64,000 nucleotides of DNA, from contig JABJKT010000055.1 in assembly GCA_018660225.1 (NCBI GenBank), positions 641-64,640 of the forward strand. The letters are read 5' to 3'. The notes under the pieces were generated by a model. The model saw only the letters and a program-made list of their open reading frames with translations, was not told the origin of the DNA and did no database searches. Shown one piece after another: positions 23,639 to 34,119 of this stretch. A program made the position numbers and the translations under genes. Every line of letters starts with the position of its first letter. Positions within the stretch are counted from its first letter, which is position 1. The stretch comes from Kordiimonadaceae bacterium (GTDB taxonomy: Bacteria > Pseudomonadota > Alphaproteobacteria > Sphingomonadales > Emcibacteraceae).

Positions 23639-26320
23639 ATGAGCAAAATCATTTTAAAACTATCACTGGGGATTGCGGCATTATTGGTGCTTATTTCAAC
23701 AGTTCACGCGCAGGAATTTGAATATATTCCGGGCACCAACTATGACAGCAACATTCCAACTGTGGAACAGGTGCTGGGCTATAAAACCGGTGAAGAAATT
23801 ACCTTACATGGAGATATGGTTCGTTATATTAATGCGCTGCAAAGCGCTGCGCCGGACCGGGTGAAGATTTTCAGTTACGCAAAGACATGGGAAGGAAGGC
23901 CACTGATTTATGTGGCTATTTCCAATGCGGATAATATCGCCAACCTTCAAAGCTTGAGCGATAATATGAAGCGGCTTGCTGATCCGCGCGTGACATCGCA
24001 GAGCGAAGCTGATCAAATGATCACTGGAATGGTAGGTTCGACCTGGCTTAGTTACGGGGTTCATGGCAATGAAATCTCATCCATGGAGGCAGCGATGCTG
24101 ACGGCATATAATTTACTTGCCGCAACCAACCAAGAGCAAGTTGATAACATAATGTCTAATAGTGTTGTGTTTATAGACCCACAACAAAACCCGGACGGGC
24201 GTGATAGATTTATCAATAAATTTCGTGAAGCAAGAGGGCTTGAGCCAGATAGCAGTCCAATATCCGCAGAGCATAGAGAGCCGTGGCCTTCCGGTCGGGT
24301 AAATCATTATCTGTTTGATCTTAATCGTGATTGGTTTGCTATGACCCAGCCGGAAAGTCAGGGTAAAGTAGCGGCGCTTCAGGAATATTTCCCACTTATT
24401 TATATTGATCTTCATGAAATGGGTGGAAATGGTACTTATTATTTCCCACCTTCTGCGCCACCAGATAATCCAAATATTGCTGATAATCAATGGAGAACAC
24501 TTAATGCTATAGGTCGCAGTAACGCAAAATATTTTGACAAATACGGTTTTAAATATTTTACCAGTGAAGTTTATGATGCCTTTTATCCAGGCTATGGTGC
24601 GAGCTGGCCTGCTTATTACGGCGCGGCGTCAGCGACTTACGAACAGGCCTCAACCAGAGGACTGCTGCTTCATAGAAATGACGGTGAAACTCTTCATTAC
24701 AGAGACGCGATCAGCCATCATTTGGTTGCATCACTTTCAACGGCGGAAGTTGGCGCGAGCAATAAGGACACACTTCTACGCGAATTTTATGAGTATCGCC
24801 GCTCAGGAATTGAAGAAGGTGAAGCCCAGGATAATCGTTATTATGTTATCCCGACGCAAAATGATCAGGCGGCGGCAGATAAAATAGCCGGACTTCTGAC
24901 CAAACAGGGCGTTGATGTATTTAAAACGTCTGAAGACTTCCGTTCCTGCGGCACTGATTATGCGGCGGGCAGTTATATCATTGATAGCGCGCAGCCAACC
25001 AAACGGTTTCTGAGCACAATCATGGATGAAGAAGTGCCGATGGATCAGCCGTTTCTTGATGAACAGGAAAGACGCCGTGATAATAACCTTGGCGATCAGA
25101 TTTATGACGTGACAGCATGGTCACTACCTCATATGTTTAATGTGACGGTGGATCGCTGTAATAATGTTGGAAATGTTGAGGGTGCATTGTCTGGTGAAGG
25201 TTATTACGATGCCGGAATGGTTTCAAACCCAGATGCTACCGTGGCCTATCTTGTGCCGTGGGGGCAATCAACGGCGAGCCGCTTTTTAAGCAATGCTCTG
25301 CGTCAGGGTTTGGTCGTTAAAAGCGCTGATATGAGCTTTGTTAACATGGGTAACAGATATCCTGCGGGCACGTTAATACTGGATGTTAAGGCCAATGAAG
25401 CGGGCCTTTCTGAAAAGGTTCAAATGATTGCCCGCGAGACAGGTGCAAATGTAGTTGGTGTTAATGATAGCTGGGTCACGGATGGACCAAGTTTTGGTAG
25501 CGCTAATACAAAACGTATTCACGCGCCGAAAGTGGCAATTCTTTGGGATAACCCGACCGCCAATTATAGCGCAGGAAACACCCGCTTTGTTATTGAGCGG
25601 CAATTTGATTATCCGGTTACACCCATTCGCGCCGCTGATATTGCAGGAGCGGACTTAAGCCCATTTAACGTGCTGATCATTCCTGAAAGCCGTAGTGGTT
25701 ATAAATCGACCTTTGGTAATGCGGGTAGGGATAACCTCAAAGAATGGATCGGTGAAGGTGGAACGTTGATTGCACTAGGCACCGGCATGCGTTATGTGAC
25801 CGACCCTGATGTGGATATCATGTCATCACGCCGCGAATATGTTTACCGCGAAAATAAAAAGGATGATGAAGAAGATAGCGCGCGGGTAGACGGTAGTCTG
25901 ATGGACGGCACTGATGATTATAATGATGCTATCGAAGCGCAGGACGCCGACCCGGATGCGGTTCCCGGTGTGATGCTTAAAGCGAATGTCGATCTTGAAC
26001 ATTGGCTAACGGCGGGATCAGCGCCGACGCTTAATGTGCTTTACCGTGGCCGCGATATATATACGCCTGTAACCATTGATAAGGGCCGCAACGTGGTTAA
26101 TTATATGGAAAAGGATGACATTCTGGCCAGTGGCTATCTGTGGGAAGAAAATCGCGCGCAGCTCGCTCAAAAGCCGTTTATTATTTCTGAGCCCAAAGGG
26201 CGCGGTCAGGTAATTGGCTTTACCAGTGACCCAACGGTCCGCGCTTATCTCGACGGGCTTAATTTAATGCTGATAAATGCCATTTTCAGAGGGGCATCCC
26301 ATTCAACACCAACAAGGTAA
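23639..26320 (+). CDS. secreted M14-family zinc carboxypeptidase, large multidomain form
   Basis: Sec signal (LISTVHAQE). HGNEISS zinc motif, NPDGRD, DLHEMG. Confidence 0.85.
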   Translation: MSKIILKLSLGIAALLVLISTVHAQEFEYIPGTNYDSNIPTVEQVLGYKTGEEITLHGDMVRYINALQSAAPDRVKIFSYAKTWEGRPLIYVAISNADNIANLQSLSDNMKRLADPRVTSQSEADQMITGMVGSTWLSYGVHGNEISSMEAAMLTAYNLLAATNQEQVDNIMSNSVVFIDPQQNPDGRDRFINKFREARGLEPDSSPISAEHREPWPSGRVNHYLFDLNRDWFAMTQPESQGKVAALQEYFPLIYIDLHEMGGNGTYYFPPSAPPDNPNIADNQWRTLNAIGRSNAKYFDKYGFKYFTSEVYDAFYPGYGASWPAYYGAASATYEQASTRGLLLHRNDGETLHYRDAISHHLVASLSTAEVGASNKDTLLREFYEYRRSGIEEGEAQDNRYYVIPTQNDQAAADKIAGLLTKQGVDVFKTSEDFRSCGTDYAAGSYIIDSAQPTKRFLSTIMDEEVPMDQPFLDEQERRRDNNLGDQIYDVTAWSLPHMFNVTVDRCNNVGNVEGALSGEGYYDAGMVSNPDATVAYLVPWGQSTASRFLSNALRQGLVVKSADMSFVNMGNRYPAGTLILDVKANEAGLSEKVQMIARETGANVVGVNDSWVTDGPSFGSANTKRIHAPKVAILWDNPTANYSAGNTRFVIERQFDYPVTPIRAADIAGADLSPFNVLIIPESRSGYKSTFGNAGRDNLKEWIGEGGTLIALGTGMRYVTDPDVDIMSSRREYVYRENKKDDEEDSARVDGSLMDGTDDYNDAIEAQDADPDAVPGVMLKANVDLEHWLTAGSAPTLNVLYRGRDIYTPVTIDKGRNVVNYMEKDDILASGYLWEENRAQLAQKPFIISEPKGRGQVIGFTSDPTVRAYLDGLNLMLINAIFRGASHSTPTR

Positions 26321-26861
26321 AGAGACACAAATCATTACCTGGCTAAGTGCTGATAAAAAAAGCATGGATGCCCTGGAAATTGCATCGTCGCTAGGTTTAA
26401 ATGATTGGTGTTTGGCGGCCGGTTTTGTCCGGAATATAGTTTGGGATAAGCTTCATGGATTTGATGTTGCGACGCCACTTAATGATATTGATTTCATATA
26501 TTTTGACCTTGAAAATGTCGAAGTTGAGAGTGAACTGCGCTATGAGGAGCGCTTAAAATCTATTTCCAACTTGCCGTGGTCAGTGAAAAATCAGGCGAGG
26601 ATGCATGTTAGAAATGATGATAAGCCTTACAGCTCGACCACAGATGCTATGAGTTATTGGGTGGAGGTTGAAACGGCAATAGGGGCTTCTATCTCATCTG
26701 ATGGAGATATTTCGTTAGTTGCTCCGTTTGGTGTTGAAGCGCTCTTTTCAAATACAGTTACGATAAACCAAAAACGTATAAAGAGAGATGCTTTTGAGCA
26801 AAGACTTTGTGATAAGAAATGGCTTGAAATATGGCCTAGGCTTAAAATCAGTTCAGGTTAA
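26277..26861 (+). CDS. nucleotidyltransferase family protein (NTP_transf_6/DUF925-like)
   Basis: WCLAAGFVRNIVWDKLHG...NDIDFIYFD matches this family. The only in-frame ATG upstream of the conserved N-terminus is 26277, which overlaps the carboxypeptidase 3' end by 44 nt. Confidence 0.6.
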   Translation: MPFSEGHPIQHQQGKETQIITWLSADKKSMDALEIASSLGLNDWCLAAGFVRNIVWDKLHGFDVATPLNDIDFIYFDLENVEVESELRYEERLKSISNLPWSVKNQARMHVRNDDKPYSSTTDAMSYWVEVETAIGASISSDGDISLVAPFGVEALFSNTVTINQKRIKRDAFEQRLCDKKWLEIWPRLKISSG

Positions 26862-27676
26862 GTCTTCGTTGCCAGAAACACGATTTCCTGTAGTGCGAAA
26901 CCTATTGGCGGTGGCCCTAATTTTTCTAGGAGCGCTGCTTCAGCGGCATTAATTATCACGGATGCTTCAACGGTAGCTCTTTCGTTAATTTCAATGATAT
27001 TTGGATTGCCGGTTATAAAACCTGTAGCAACATCATTGACTTCGGAGCCTTCAATTATTTCACTGACTGTATGATCTTCAATATTGTTAAAACCAGCACT
27101 TTCAATAAGATCACGAATTATTGGGATATCATGAAAGCCAAACGGCATTTTTAAAAATTGCGGTGGATCGCTTTTAAAATAATGTTCTATCACATCATAT
27201 ACTATACTAGCGCATGGGTTTTTTTCGAAACTGTCCCAGACATTAAAGGCAAGCCCGCCGCCCGGTTTAAGAACGCGGTACATTTCCTGAAGGCCTTTTA
27301 ATTTATCAGGGAAAAACATGATGCCAAATTGACAGACGACCGCATCAAAACTGTTCTCTTCGAAGGATAGTGATAGTGCGTCCGCAACCTCGAAAGTAAC
27401 GTTTTTTAAATCGCCATGTTTTGATTTGGCGAAGTCGAGCATGGCCGGGTTAAGGTCTGTTGCGGTAATTTTAATATCGTCAGATAGTGATTTTCGCAGT
27501 TGGTTTGTTGAAATTCCAGTTCCGCAAGCAATTTCAAGAATTTTACCGCCGGATGGAATTTTTTCGGCGATGCGTCCTGCTAAATCTTTTGCTGAAAATT
27601 CAAATAATAAAGGGCCGAGAAATGTATCATAAGCTTCGGGAATGGAGCCCGTAAATTGTGTGTGAGTTTTATTCAT
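26858..27676 (-). CDS. class I SAM-dependent methyltransferase
   Basis: Motif I ILEIACGTGIST, motif post-I TDLNPAM, FDAVVCQFG, LKPGG. Confidence 0.85.
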   Translation of the reverse strand: MNKTHTQFTGSIPEAYDTFLGPLLFEFSAKDLAGRIAEKIPSGGKILEIACGTGISTNQLRKSLSDDIKITATDLNPAMLDFAKSKHGDLKNVTFEVADALSLSFEENSFDAVVCQFGIMFFPDKLKGLQEMYRVLKPGGGLAFNVWDSFEKNPCASIVYDVIEHYFKSDPPQFLKMPFGFHDIPIIRDLIESAGFNNIEDHTVSEIIEGSEVNDVATGFITGNPNIIEINERATVEASVIINAAEAALLEKLGPPPIGFALQEIVFLATKT

Positions 27677-27707
27677 TTTTATCCCCAGAGAAATTAAAAT
27701 CTTTAAA

Positions 27708-28229
27708 TTAAATGTCTGCTTGCATTAGGATTGAAGGAAAGGTTAGGTCACCACCCATGTTCAAGTCAAATAATTTTATCGATTTAAAGCCAAGCGCTTT
27801 ATAGAAAAATTCGGCATTTAAGGTTGAATAGCATTCAAATTCGCTGACATTTTCATTTTTAGCTTCCGTTACACAGTGATTATACAGCGCACGGGCCACA
27901 CCGTATCCAACATATTCAGGATGGGTGGCAAAATGTCTGATATGGGCCTGACCATCTGTTCTGTCGGTTGTGCCTGGCCGTTGGTGGGTCCAGCCACCAC
28001 AGCCTACGATTTCTTCATTTTTATTGAGGGCGATATAATATGTTCCCGATGATAAAAGATCAGGATTAACCTGGGTGATTTTTGGGAGTATCTGTGCCAG
28101 TGATACGTCGTCATATATTGACGTTAATAATGAGGAGAAAGACGCATCCAAAACACTATTAATAGCCGCTACATCAACTGGAGTAGCAATTTTTATAGTA
28201 TAGGCAAAACGTATTTTTCCCCCGGTCAT
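27708..28229 (-). CDS. GNAT-family N-acetyltransferase
   Basis: HIRHFATHPEYVGYGVARALY acetyl-CoA-binding Q/RxxGxG/A-like motif. Length is typical. Confidence 0.75.
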   Translation of the reverse strand: MTGGKIRFAYTIKIATPVDVAAINSVLDASFSSLLTSIYDDVSLAQILPKITQVNPDLLSSGTYYIALNKNEEIVGCGGWTHQRPGTTDRTDGQAHIRHFATHPEYVGYGVARALYNHCVTEAKNENVSEFECYSTLNAEFFYKALGFKSIKLFDLNMGGDLTFPSILMQADI

Positions 28230-28238
28230 AATTCCCCC

Positions 28239-28970
28239 TTATAACTCTCTGAGCCAGATATTGCGGTAGCTCACTTCATGGTCATGATCCTGAAGATAAA
28301 TCGGCAGATCGCCGTGCGCGTCGTAAGCGGGTGAGCCGATATAAACTGTTGGCCCGACAAGCGAGACATTATTTTGAATGAGCACACCGTTATGGATAAC
28401 CGTGATACGGGCTTGCGAAATTACCGTGCCGTTTTTACTAAAGCGTGGGGCGGTATAAATTATATCATATGTTTGCCACTGCGTGGCCGGTTTGGTGGCA
28501 TTAGCGAGTGGGATATGTTGTTTATAAAGCGACCCTGCCTGTCCATTGTTATAGGTTTTGTTTTCATAACTATCGAGCACCTGAACTTCATAAAACTGCT
28601 GCAGAAAAACACCGCTATTGCCACGGTCCTGATCAGTAAATTTTGCATCTAGTTCGGGAATGCGCCACTCCACATGAAGCTGGACATCACCAAATGACTT
28701 TTTAGTTCTTATGTCTTTAGTCCCCGGATTAACGGTCATCACGCCGTCTTCAATTGTCCACGGGTTCTCATCGCCATTTACACTTTGCCATGCGCTAGCG
28801 TTAAGGCTGATGGCATCGGACGGCGGGCGTCCATGTTCGCCGGGCGTTACCCTTGCTGGTTCCTTGTCCCAAACTTCTGTTGCGCGTGGCTCAGGTACCA
28901 TCTGTGCCCAAGAATAACTAAGACTAGCGGCTATTAAAACTGCTGATAACAAGGTGATTTTTTTCAACAT
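28239..28970 (-). CDS. exported DUF1080 (3-keto-disaccharide hydrolase-like) protein
   Basis: Sec signal (ASLSYSWAQ). GNSGVFL..YEVQVLDS and C-terminal IYLQDHDHEVSYRNIWLREL are characteristic of PF06439. Confidence 0.8.
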   Translation of the reverse strand: MLKKITLLSAVLIAASLSYSWAQMVPEPRATEVWDKEPARVTPGEHGRPPSDAISLNASAWQSVNGDENPWTIEDGVMTVNPGTKDIRTKKSFGDVQLHVEWRIPELDAKFTDQDRGNSGVFLQQFYEVQVLDSYENKTYNNGQAGSLYKQHIPLANATKPATQWQTYDIIYTAPRFSKNGTVISQARITVIHNGVLIQNNVSLVGPTVYIGSPAYDAHGDLPIYLQDHDHEVSYRNIWLREL

Positions 28971-29085
28971 TTTGCTCCGGATAATTTAATTTGTTGATAT
29001 GAACAGTAAAGTTTCAGATTGGGGCTGTCAATTAGCTTGATTTGGGGTATAATTTTTTTAAAATAAAATAACAGGAAATAATTAA

Positions 29086-30777
29086 ATGGCTTCTTTCGAT
29101 GGTTTTGAATATGACGTGATCATTGTCGGCTCTGGCGCAGGTGGCGGAATGTCGGCGCATATACTTACAGAAGCGGGGGTAAGGGTTCTTTTGCTTGAAG
29201 CAGGGCGTGATTATGATCCGCTCACCGAAACACCAATGTTTAATGAAAACCATGAAGCGCCGCTGCGCGGTGTGAGCACATCCGATAAGGATTTTGGCTT
29301 TTATGATGCGACGGTAGATGGCGGATGGGACGTGCCGGGTGAGCCCTATACGTCGGCAGAAGGTACTGATTTTATGTGGTATCGTTCACGTATGTTAGGT
29401 GGCAGGACAAACCATTTTGGCCGAATTACCCCACGATTTAACGACCGTGATTTTAAACCGTTCACTCATGATGGGCTTGGTGTGGATTGGCCACTTGAAT
29501 ATGATGAAATGGCCCCGTGGTATGATAAGGCCGAAAAGCTGGTTGGTATTTCAGGTAATAATCCCGGTGTTTATGATGTGCCGGATTCTGGTGAAGGCGT
29601 GCTTCAACCGCCTGCAAAACCTCGTGTTTATGAACTTTTGGTAAAAGAAGCGTCTGAAAAGCTTGGTATTCCTATGGTTCCGATACGCCGCGCTGTGCTA
29701 ACCCGTGCCATTGATGAGCGTGAGGCTTGCTTTAATGCGACGGCTTGCGGACGGGGGTGCTCCATTGGTGCTGCATTTCAGACAACGACGTCGGTTATTC
29801 CATGGGCTAAAAAAACAGGTAATCTTAAAATCGTAACTGATGCAATGGTTAAGGAAGTTCATCTGGGTGATGATGGCAAAACAACCGGTGTTACATTTGT
29901 TAACAGGAAAACCAAGGGTGACGTGCGAGTAGATGCGGATTTTGTCATTCTAGCGGCAAGTGCCTGTGAAACGGCCCGCCTTATGCTTAATTCCAAAAGT
30001 GATAAATTTCCGGGTGGCATTGCTAATTCGAGCGGTCAGGTGGGCCGTAATCTGGTCGATAGTACGGGTGCTGATGTCAGCGGTCATATTCCTGCGCTTA
30101 AAGGACGTCCAAGATATAATGAAGATGGTCTTGATGGTAGCCACCTTTATATTCCCTGGTGGGATTATGATGGTCAGGATGATGGTTCGGTTAATTTCAA
30201 ACGGGGCTATCATTTTGAAGTGGGCGGCGGGTTTGGTGCTCCAAGCATGGGTGTTGGCCGCAGTGTTGATGGATACGGAAAATCTGCTAAACAGGACGTT
30301 CGTGATAATTACGGCAGTAATATCGGCTTTGCCCTGCGAGGTGAAATGGTAATCAGTGATGATTGTTACTGCGAGATTGACGAGCAAGTGAAAGATAAAT
30401 GGGGAATTCCCGTACTCAAGTTTCACTGGAAATGGTCCGAAGAAGAAATTAATCAGGCAGAACATGGCCTTGAATGGGCCGCGAAAATAATTGAAGCCAT
30501 GGGCGGAGTTGTTACATCACCGAAACGAACAGGCGAGGAAGCAATTTTGGCTGGTGGTCAGATCATCCATGAAGTGGGCACAACCCGCATGGGGGATGAT
30601 CCGAAAACGTCGGTTACCAATAAATGGGGACAAACGTGGGATGTTGATAATCTTTATATTATGGACGGTGGTGTTTTTGCATCAAATCCTCATAAAAACT
30701 GCACCATTACCATTCTGACGTTGGCGATGAAAAACGCAACAAAACTGGCGGAACAAATTTTGGGAGAGCGGTCATGA
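29086..30777 (+). CDS. GMC-family FAD-dependent oxidoreductase, catalytic subunit (glucoside 3-dehydrogenase / gluconate 2-dehydrogenase-like)
   Basis: YDVIIVGSGAGGG Rossmann motif with no signal peptide. C-terminal HEVGTTRMG and MDGGVF motifs of GMC enzymes. Confidence 0.85.
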   Translation: MASFDGFEYDVIIVGSGAGGGMSAHILTEAGVRVLLLEAGRDYDPLTETPMFNENHEAPLRGVSTSDKDFGFYDATVDGGWDVPGEPYTSAEGTDFMWYRSRMLGGRTNHFGRITPRFNDRDFKPFTHDGLGVDWPLEYDEMAPWYDKAEKLVGISGNNPGVYDVPDSGEGVLQPPAKPRVYELLVKEASEKLGIPMVPIRRAVLTRAIDEREACFNATACGRGCSIGAAFQTTTSVIPWAKKTGNLKIVTDAMVKEVHLGDDGKTTGVTFVNRKTKGDVRVDADFVILAASACETARLMLNSKSDKFPGGIANSSGQVGRNLVDSTGADVSGHIPALKGRPRYNEDGLDGSHLYIPWWDYDGQDDGSVNFKRGYHFEVGGGFGAPSMGVGRSVDGYGKSAKQDVRDNYGSNIGFALRGEMVISDDCYCEIDEQVKDKWGIPVLKFHWKWSEEEINQAEHGLEWAAKIIEAMGGVVTSPKRTGEEAILAGGQIIHEVGTTRMGDDPKTSVTNKWGQTWDVDNLYIMDGGVFASNPHKNCTITILTLAMKNATKLAEQILGERS

Positions 30778-31487
30778 GCAAGAATTATATCTCAAAAATA
30801 AATCGTCGTGACAGTCTTAAATGGCTCGGTTCACTGACATCAGTGGTGGTGGTTGGCGGTGTTGTTGTTGCCTGTGATGCGCCGGAGCCGGAAATGCCGG
30901 TTGTTCAAGAAGAAAGCCAATGGCCTGATTTGAAATTTGAGGTCATTACCGGGCCTAAATACGGTCAAGACCCGGACATGATAAACCCGACAACGCCGTG
31001 GCCACGTACATTGACGGCTGATCAGCTTAATTTGGTCGCGCATTTAAGTGATATTATTTGCCCGGCTGATGACGGCGGGCCATCTGCGACAGAAGTGGGT
31101 GTGCCGGACGTGATCGATGAATGGGTTAGTGCGCCTTATGAAAGTCAACAAAGTGACCGTGTACTTATCTTAAATGGCCTCCAGTGGCTTGATGATGAAG
31201 CGGGGCGGCGCTTTAATAAGTTATTCATGACCGTAAGAGCATCAGAGCAGATCCAGATCATAGATGATATAGCTTACGCATCAAAAGCAAGTGAGCCAGC
31301 GTTTGAACATGCCGTTCTGTTTTTTGCCAAACTTCGCACACTTGTGTTTGGCGGATATTTTACCAGTCCTGAAGGGATAGGCGATATCGGCTATATGGGT
31401 AATGTACCAGTCCTAGGCGACTATCCCGGCCCAACAGAAGAAGCGATGGCACACTTGAACGACGTAATTGCCAATATGCCAGCTTAA
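30774..31487 (+). CDS. gluconate 2-dehydrogenase subunit 3 family protein (Tat-signal small subunit)
   Basis: Twin-arginine motif NRRDSLKWLG followed by lipobox-like VVAC. ATGA overlap with the GMC gene. Family pattern FFAKLRTLVFGGYF. Confidence 0.75.
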   Translation: MSKNYISKINRRDSLKWLGSLTSVVVVGGVVVACDAPEPEMPVVQEESQWPDLKFEVITGPKYGQDPDMINPTTPWPRTLTADQLNLVAHLSDIICPADDGGPSATEVGVPDVIDEWVSAPYESQQSDRVLILNGLQWLDDEAGRRFNKLFMTVRASEQIQIIDDIAYASKASEPAFEHAVLFFAKLRTLVFGGYFTSPEGIGDIGYMGNVPVLGDYPGPTEEAMAHLNDVIANMPA

Positions 31488-32248
31488 TCTTCCCACTCGG
31501 CTTGATAGATTTGTTTAAACTCATCCACTGCATTACCGCGGACGGAAAGATAGGGCGTGCTGTGTTCAGGCTTTGGTCTTATGCGTGTCGTTATGTCTAG
31601 TCCGTGCGCGCCGTCCGGGCCAGCAGTAAAGCCATGAATGTAATTTCTATCCAGTGAAACCAGATTAATATCGCCGCGCCTTAATTGTTGATCGACCGTT
31701 TTTCGCACCTGAAAGAACTTTCCGGGATCATAGTCATGATCTTCGCCGACAATTTCATAATTTTCAACGCGGTTATAACCACTTAAACCTAACGTCACCA
31801 CATTGCCGTAATCATGACGGTGAAGGCGGATTTGCGTATGTGGTTCCATGCGCCAGTGTAAAATGGTGAAGCTTTCACCGCCCGGAGTAAATCCTAAATC
31901 AGTGCCGGGTTTGAAACTTTGGGTGCTGTCATTCCAAGATGCCGGGTCAGGAAGGCCTTCAAGCCTTGAAGCAACAGACGCTAGCGCATGAAGATAATTG
32001 TCCTGTCCGCCTGTTGATGTGTCGCCGATCAATGATTTGGTTAGGGGGTTTGCTTCTGTCAGGAACTGTTCGAATGAGATTTGGCCTTGTGGTGTGCTCT
32101 GGGCGTATGCCCTAAAACTATTTATAAAAGGCGCAAGCCCAATTAAGCTGAGCCCACCTGTTAATACAGTTCGTCTTTTTATGAATACACCTTCAGAAAC
32201 TTCAATTTCTTTATTTTGTGGCAACCGATCTTCTAAGTTATCATTCAT
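31484..32248 (-). CDS. Tat-exported hypothetical protein (possibly cupin-like)
   Basis: KRRTVLTGGLSLIGLAPF twin-arginine signal. His-rich IRLHRHDYGN and IHGF segments. Family not recognised. Confidence 0.55.
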   Translation of the reverse strand: MNDNLEDRLPQNKEIEVSEGVFIKRRTVLTGGLSLIGLAPFINSFRAYAQSTPQGQISFEQFLTEANPLTKSLIGDTSTGGQDNYLHALASVASRLEGLPDPASWNDSTQSFKPGTDLGFTPGGESFTILHWRMEPHTQIRLHRHDYGNVVTLGLSGYNRVENYEIVGEDHDYDPGKFFQVRKTVDQQLRRGDINLVSLDRNYIHGFTAGPDGAHGLDITTRIRPKPEHSTPYLSVRGNAVDEFKQIYQAEWED

Positions 32249-32313
32249 GATGATAATCTCCTGATGTTGTCCTCTTACCCTGAATAATATTTAATATATT
32301 AAGTTTCTATAAG

Positions 32314-33249
32314 TCAATCACTTATATCGTCGTCAATATATGTGCTGACGGTTTGGCGCGGGGTTTCATTAACCGATAACTGAAATATATCCGGCCTTGC
32401 ATAATGGCCGACCACATCAAGGTCATATCTGGCGCGGGCAATATCGTCCATATCAACGGTGGCGCTGATCATGCCTTCCTCGTCTAACAAAGGCCCGGCA
32501 AGAATATCACCAAGCGGGCCGATGATAACGCTGCCGCCACCAATTAATGACTGGTCACTCGGCCAGTTTTCCACATTAACACCTAATGCATCAGGCGATG
32601 GCTGATATTGACAAGCGCTGACAACAAAGCAGCGCCCTTCAAGGGCGATATGCTGCATGGTTGATTGCCAAACCGGGCGTGCGTCAACGGTCGGTGCGCA
32701 CCATATTTCGGTATCTTTGGCATACATGGCCGTTCTAAGCAGCGGCATATAATTTTCCCAACATATTACGGCGCCGGTTTTTCCGGCATTTGTATCCACA
32801 ACAGGTAATGTCGATCCATCGCCCTGTCCCCAGATCAGCCTTTCTGAACCCGTTGGCATCAGTTTTCTGTGTTTATGAGTGAGGCCTTCTTTGGGGTCGA
32901 TAAAAATGGCTGTACAATATAGGGTTGAGCCGGAACGTTCGATAATACCGGTGACAATAGAAGTATTTGTTCGTGATGAAAGACCGCAAAGGGCGGATAT
33001 TTCAGGGCCGGAAAGTTCAATGGCGGCTTTAAAATAACGCATATAAGTGTCCCGGCCATGCTCTGCCCTGAAACCGAGCTGGGTGCCGAAACTTTCGCCC
33101 TTGGGATAGCCGCCGAGGATGGCTTCGGGCATGACGAGAAGATCCGTTTTTGCAGCGACTATTTTATCTTCATAGGAAAGAATATGTTCGAGAGTTTTCG
33201 TTGTTCCTTTAAGTGAAGAACCGATTTGAAGTATGCTTAAAGTTTTCAT
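32314..33249 (-). CDS. nitrilase (carbon-nitrogen hydrolase superfamily, branch 1-like)
   Basis: Catalytic E-K-C context: [26 protein letters not shown] (the CWE motif typical of true nitrilases). Confidence 0.85.
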   Translation of the reverse strand: MKTLSILQIGSSLKGTTKTLEHILSYEDKIVAAKTDLLVMPEAILGGYPKGESFGTQLGFRAEHGRDTYMRYFKAAIELSGPEISALCGLSSRTNTSIVTGIIERSGSTLYCTAIFIDPKEGLTHKHRKLMPTGSERLIWGQGDGSTLPVVDTNAGKTGAVICWENYMPLLRTAMYAKDTEIWCAPTVDARPVWQSTMQHIALEGRCFVVSACQYQPSPDALGVNVENWPSDQSLIGGGSVIIGPLGDILAGPLLDEEGMISATVDMDDIARARYDLDVVGHYARPDIFQLSVNETPRQTVSTYIDDDISD

Positions 33250-33250
33250 T

Positions 33251-34084
33251 TTATTCCTTCAGGTTAAACATATTTCTAACGTCAGAAGCCGTGGCAACAT
33301 TGCGCTGTGCCTGACTTGCTATTTTAGCAGAGTAACGGATCATTTCAGCATTATTTTCAAGTAGAGTGTTTTCATCTTTTCTGATATTATTTTCAAAACC
33401 CACGCGGATATGTCCGTCATTCAGGGCGGCGTGACTTATACATTCTTTTTCATTTTCATAAAAGCCGCAGGCAGCCCACGGGAATTTTGCGGCGAGTGAT
33501 TTTTCTTTTAACTGATCAGTGTTTGTGTAGTCCCCTTGATAACTACCAAACACGAAAAGTGTAAAGGGTGTGTCATCATGAAAAACGCCTTGTTTTCTCA
33601 TTTTTTCAAACCGGTCAAAATCACTTTCATTATAAAGAATATATTGCGGGAATATTTTTTCAGCTTTGATCCATTGGTTGAATTTTGAAAATTCAGCAAT
33701 ATCACCATCCGCCGGGCATAATTCCCGTAAGGCAAGGGAGATGGCCTCAGGTTTAAGTTCCCTCGTCATAGCCATTTGCTCATGCCGTGAATAAAAACCC
33801 ACGGCTTCGCTCGTCGTCTGAATGATCAGTTGATCACCGACGGCGTTTTTGATGGCCGATATGGACGCACGGTAGCGTTCCACATCAAGCGAATGGCCGC
33901 CATCATCATCACGCACATGAAGATGAAGAATGCTGGCTCCGGCGTCTAAAATTTGATAAGCGCAAATTGCCATATCGTCCGGCGTTATTGGTAGTTCCGG
34001 ATGGTCAGTTTTTTGACGCCTCGCTCCATTAGGGGCTGACATAATGATAAAAGGTCTGGACATAAAATAATTGTAACTCATCAT
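33251..34084 (-). CDS. beta-keto acid cleavage enzyme (BKACE/DUF849, 3-keto-5-aminohexanoate cleavage enzyme family)
   Basis: [21 protein letters not shown]..., [22 protein letters not shown] motifs of DUF849. The start may be the internal MSRPF. Confidence 0.8.
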   Translation of the reverse strand: MMSYNYFMSRPFIIMSAPNGARRQKTDHPELPITPDDMAICAYQILDAGASILHLHVRDDDGGHSLDVERYRASISAIKNAVGDQLIIQTTSEAVGFYSRHEQMAMTRELKPEAISLALRELCPADGDIAEFSKFNQWIKAEKIFPQYILYNESDFDRFEKMRKQGVFHDDTPFTLFVFGSYQGDYTNTDQLKEKSLAAKFPWAACGFYENEKECISHAALNDGHIRVGFENNIRKDENTLLENNAEMIRYSAKIASQAQRNVATASDVRNMFNLKE

Positions 34085-34119
34085 TTAAAACAGTGACAAG
34101 TTTAGCAATGTTTTTTTCT

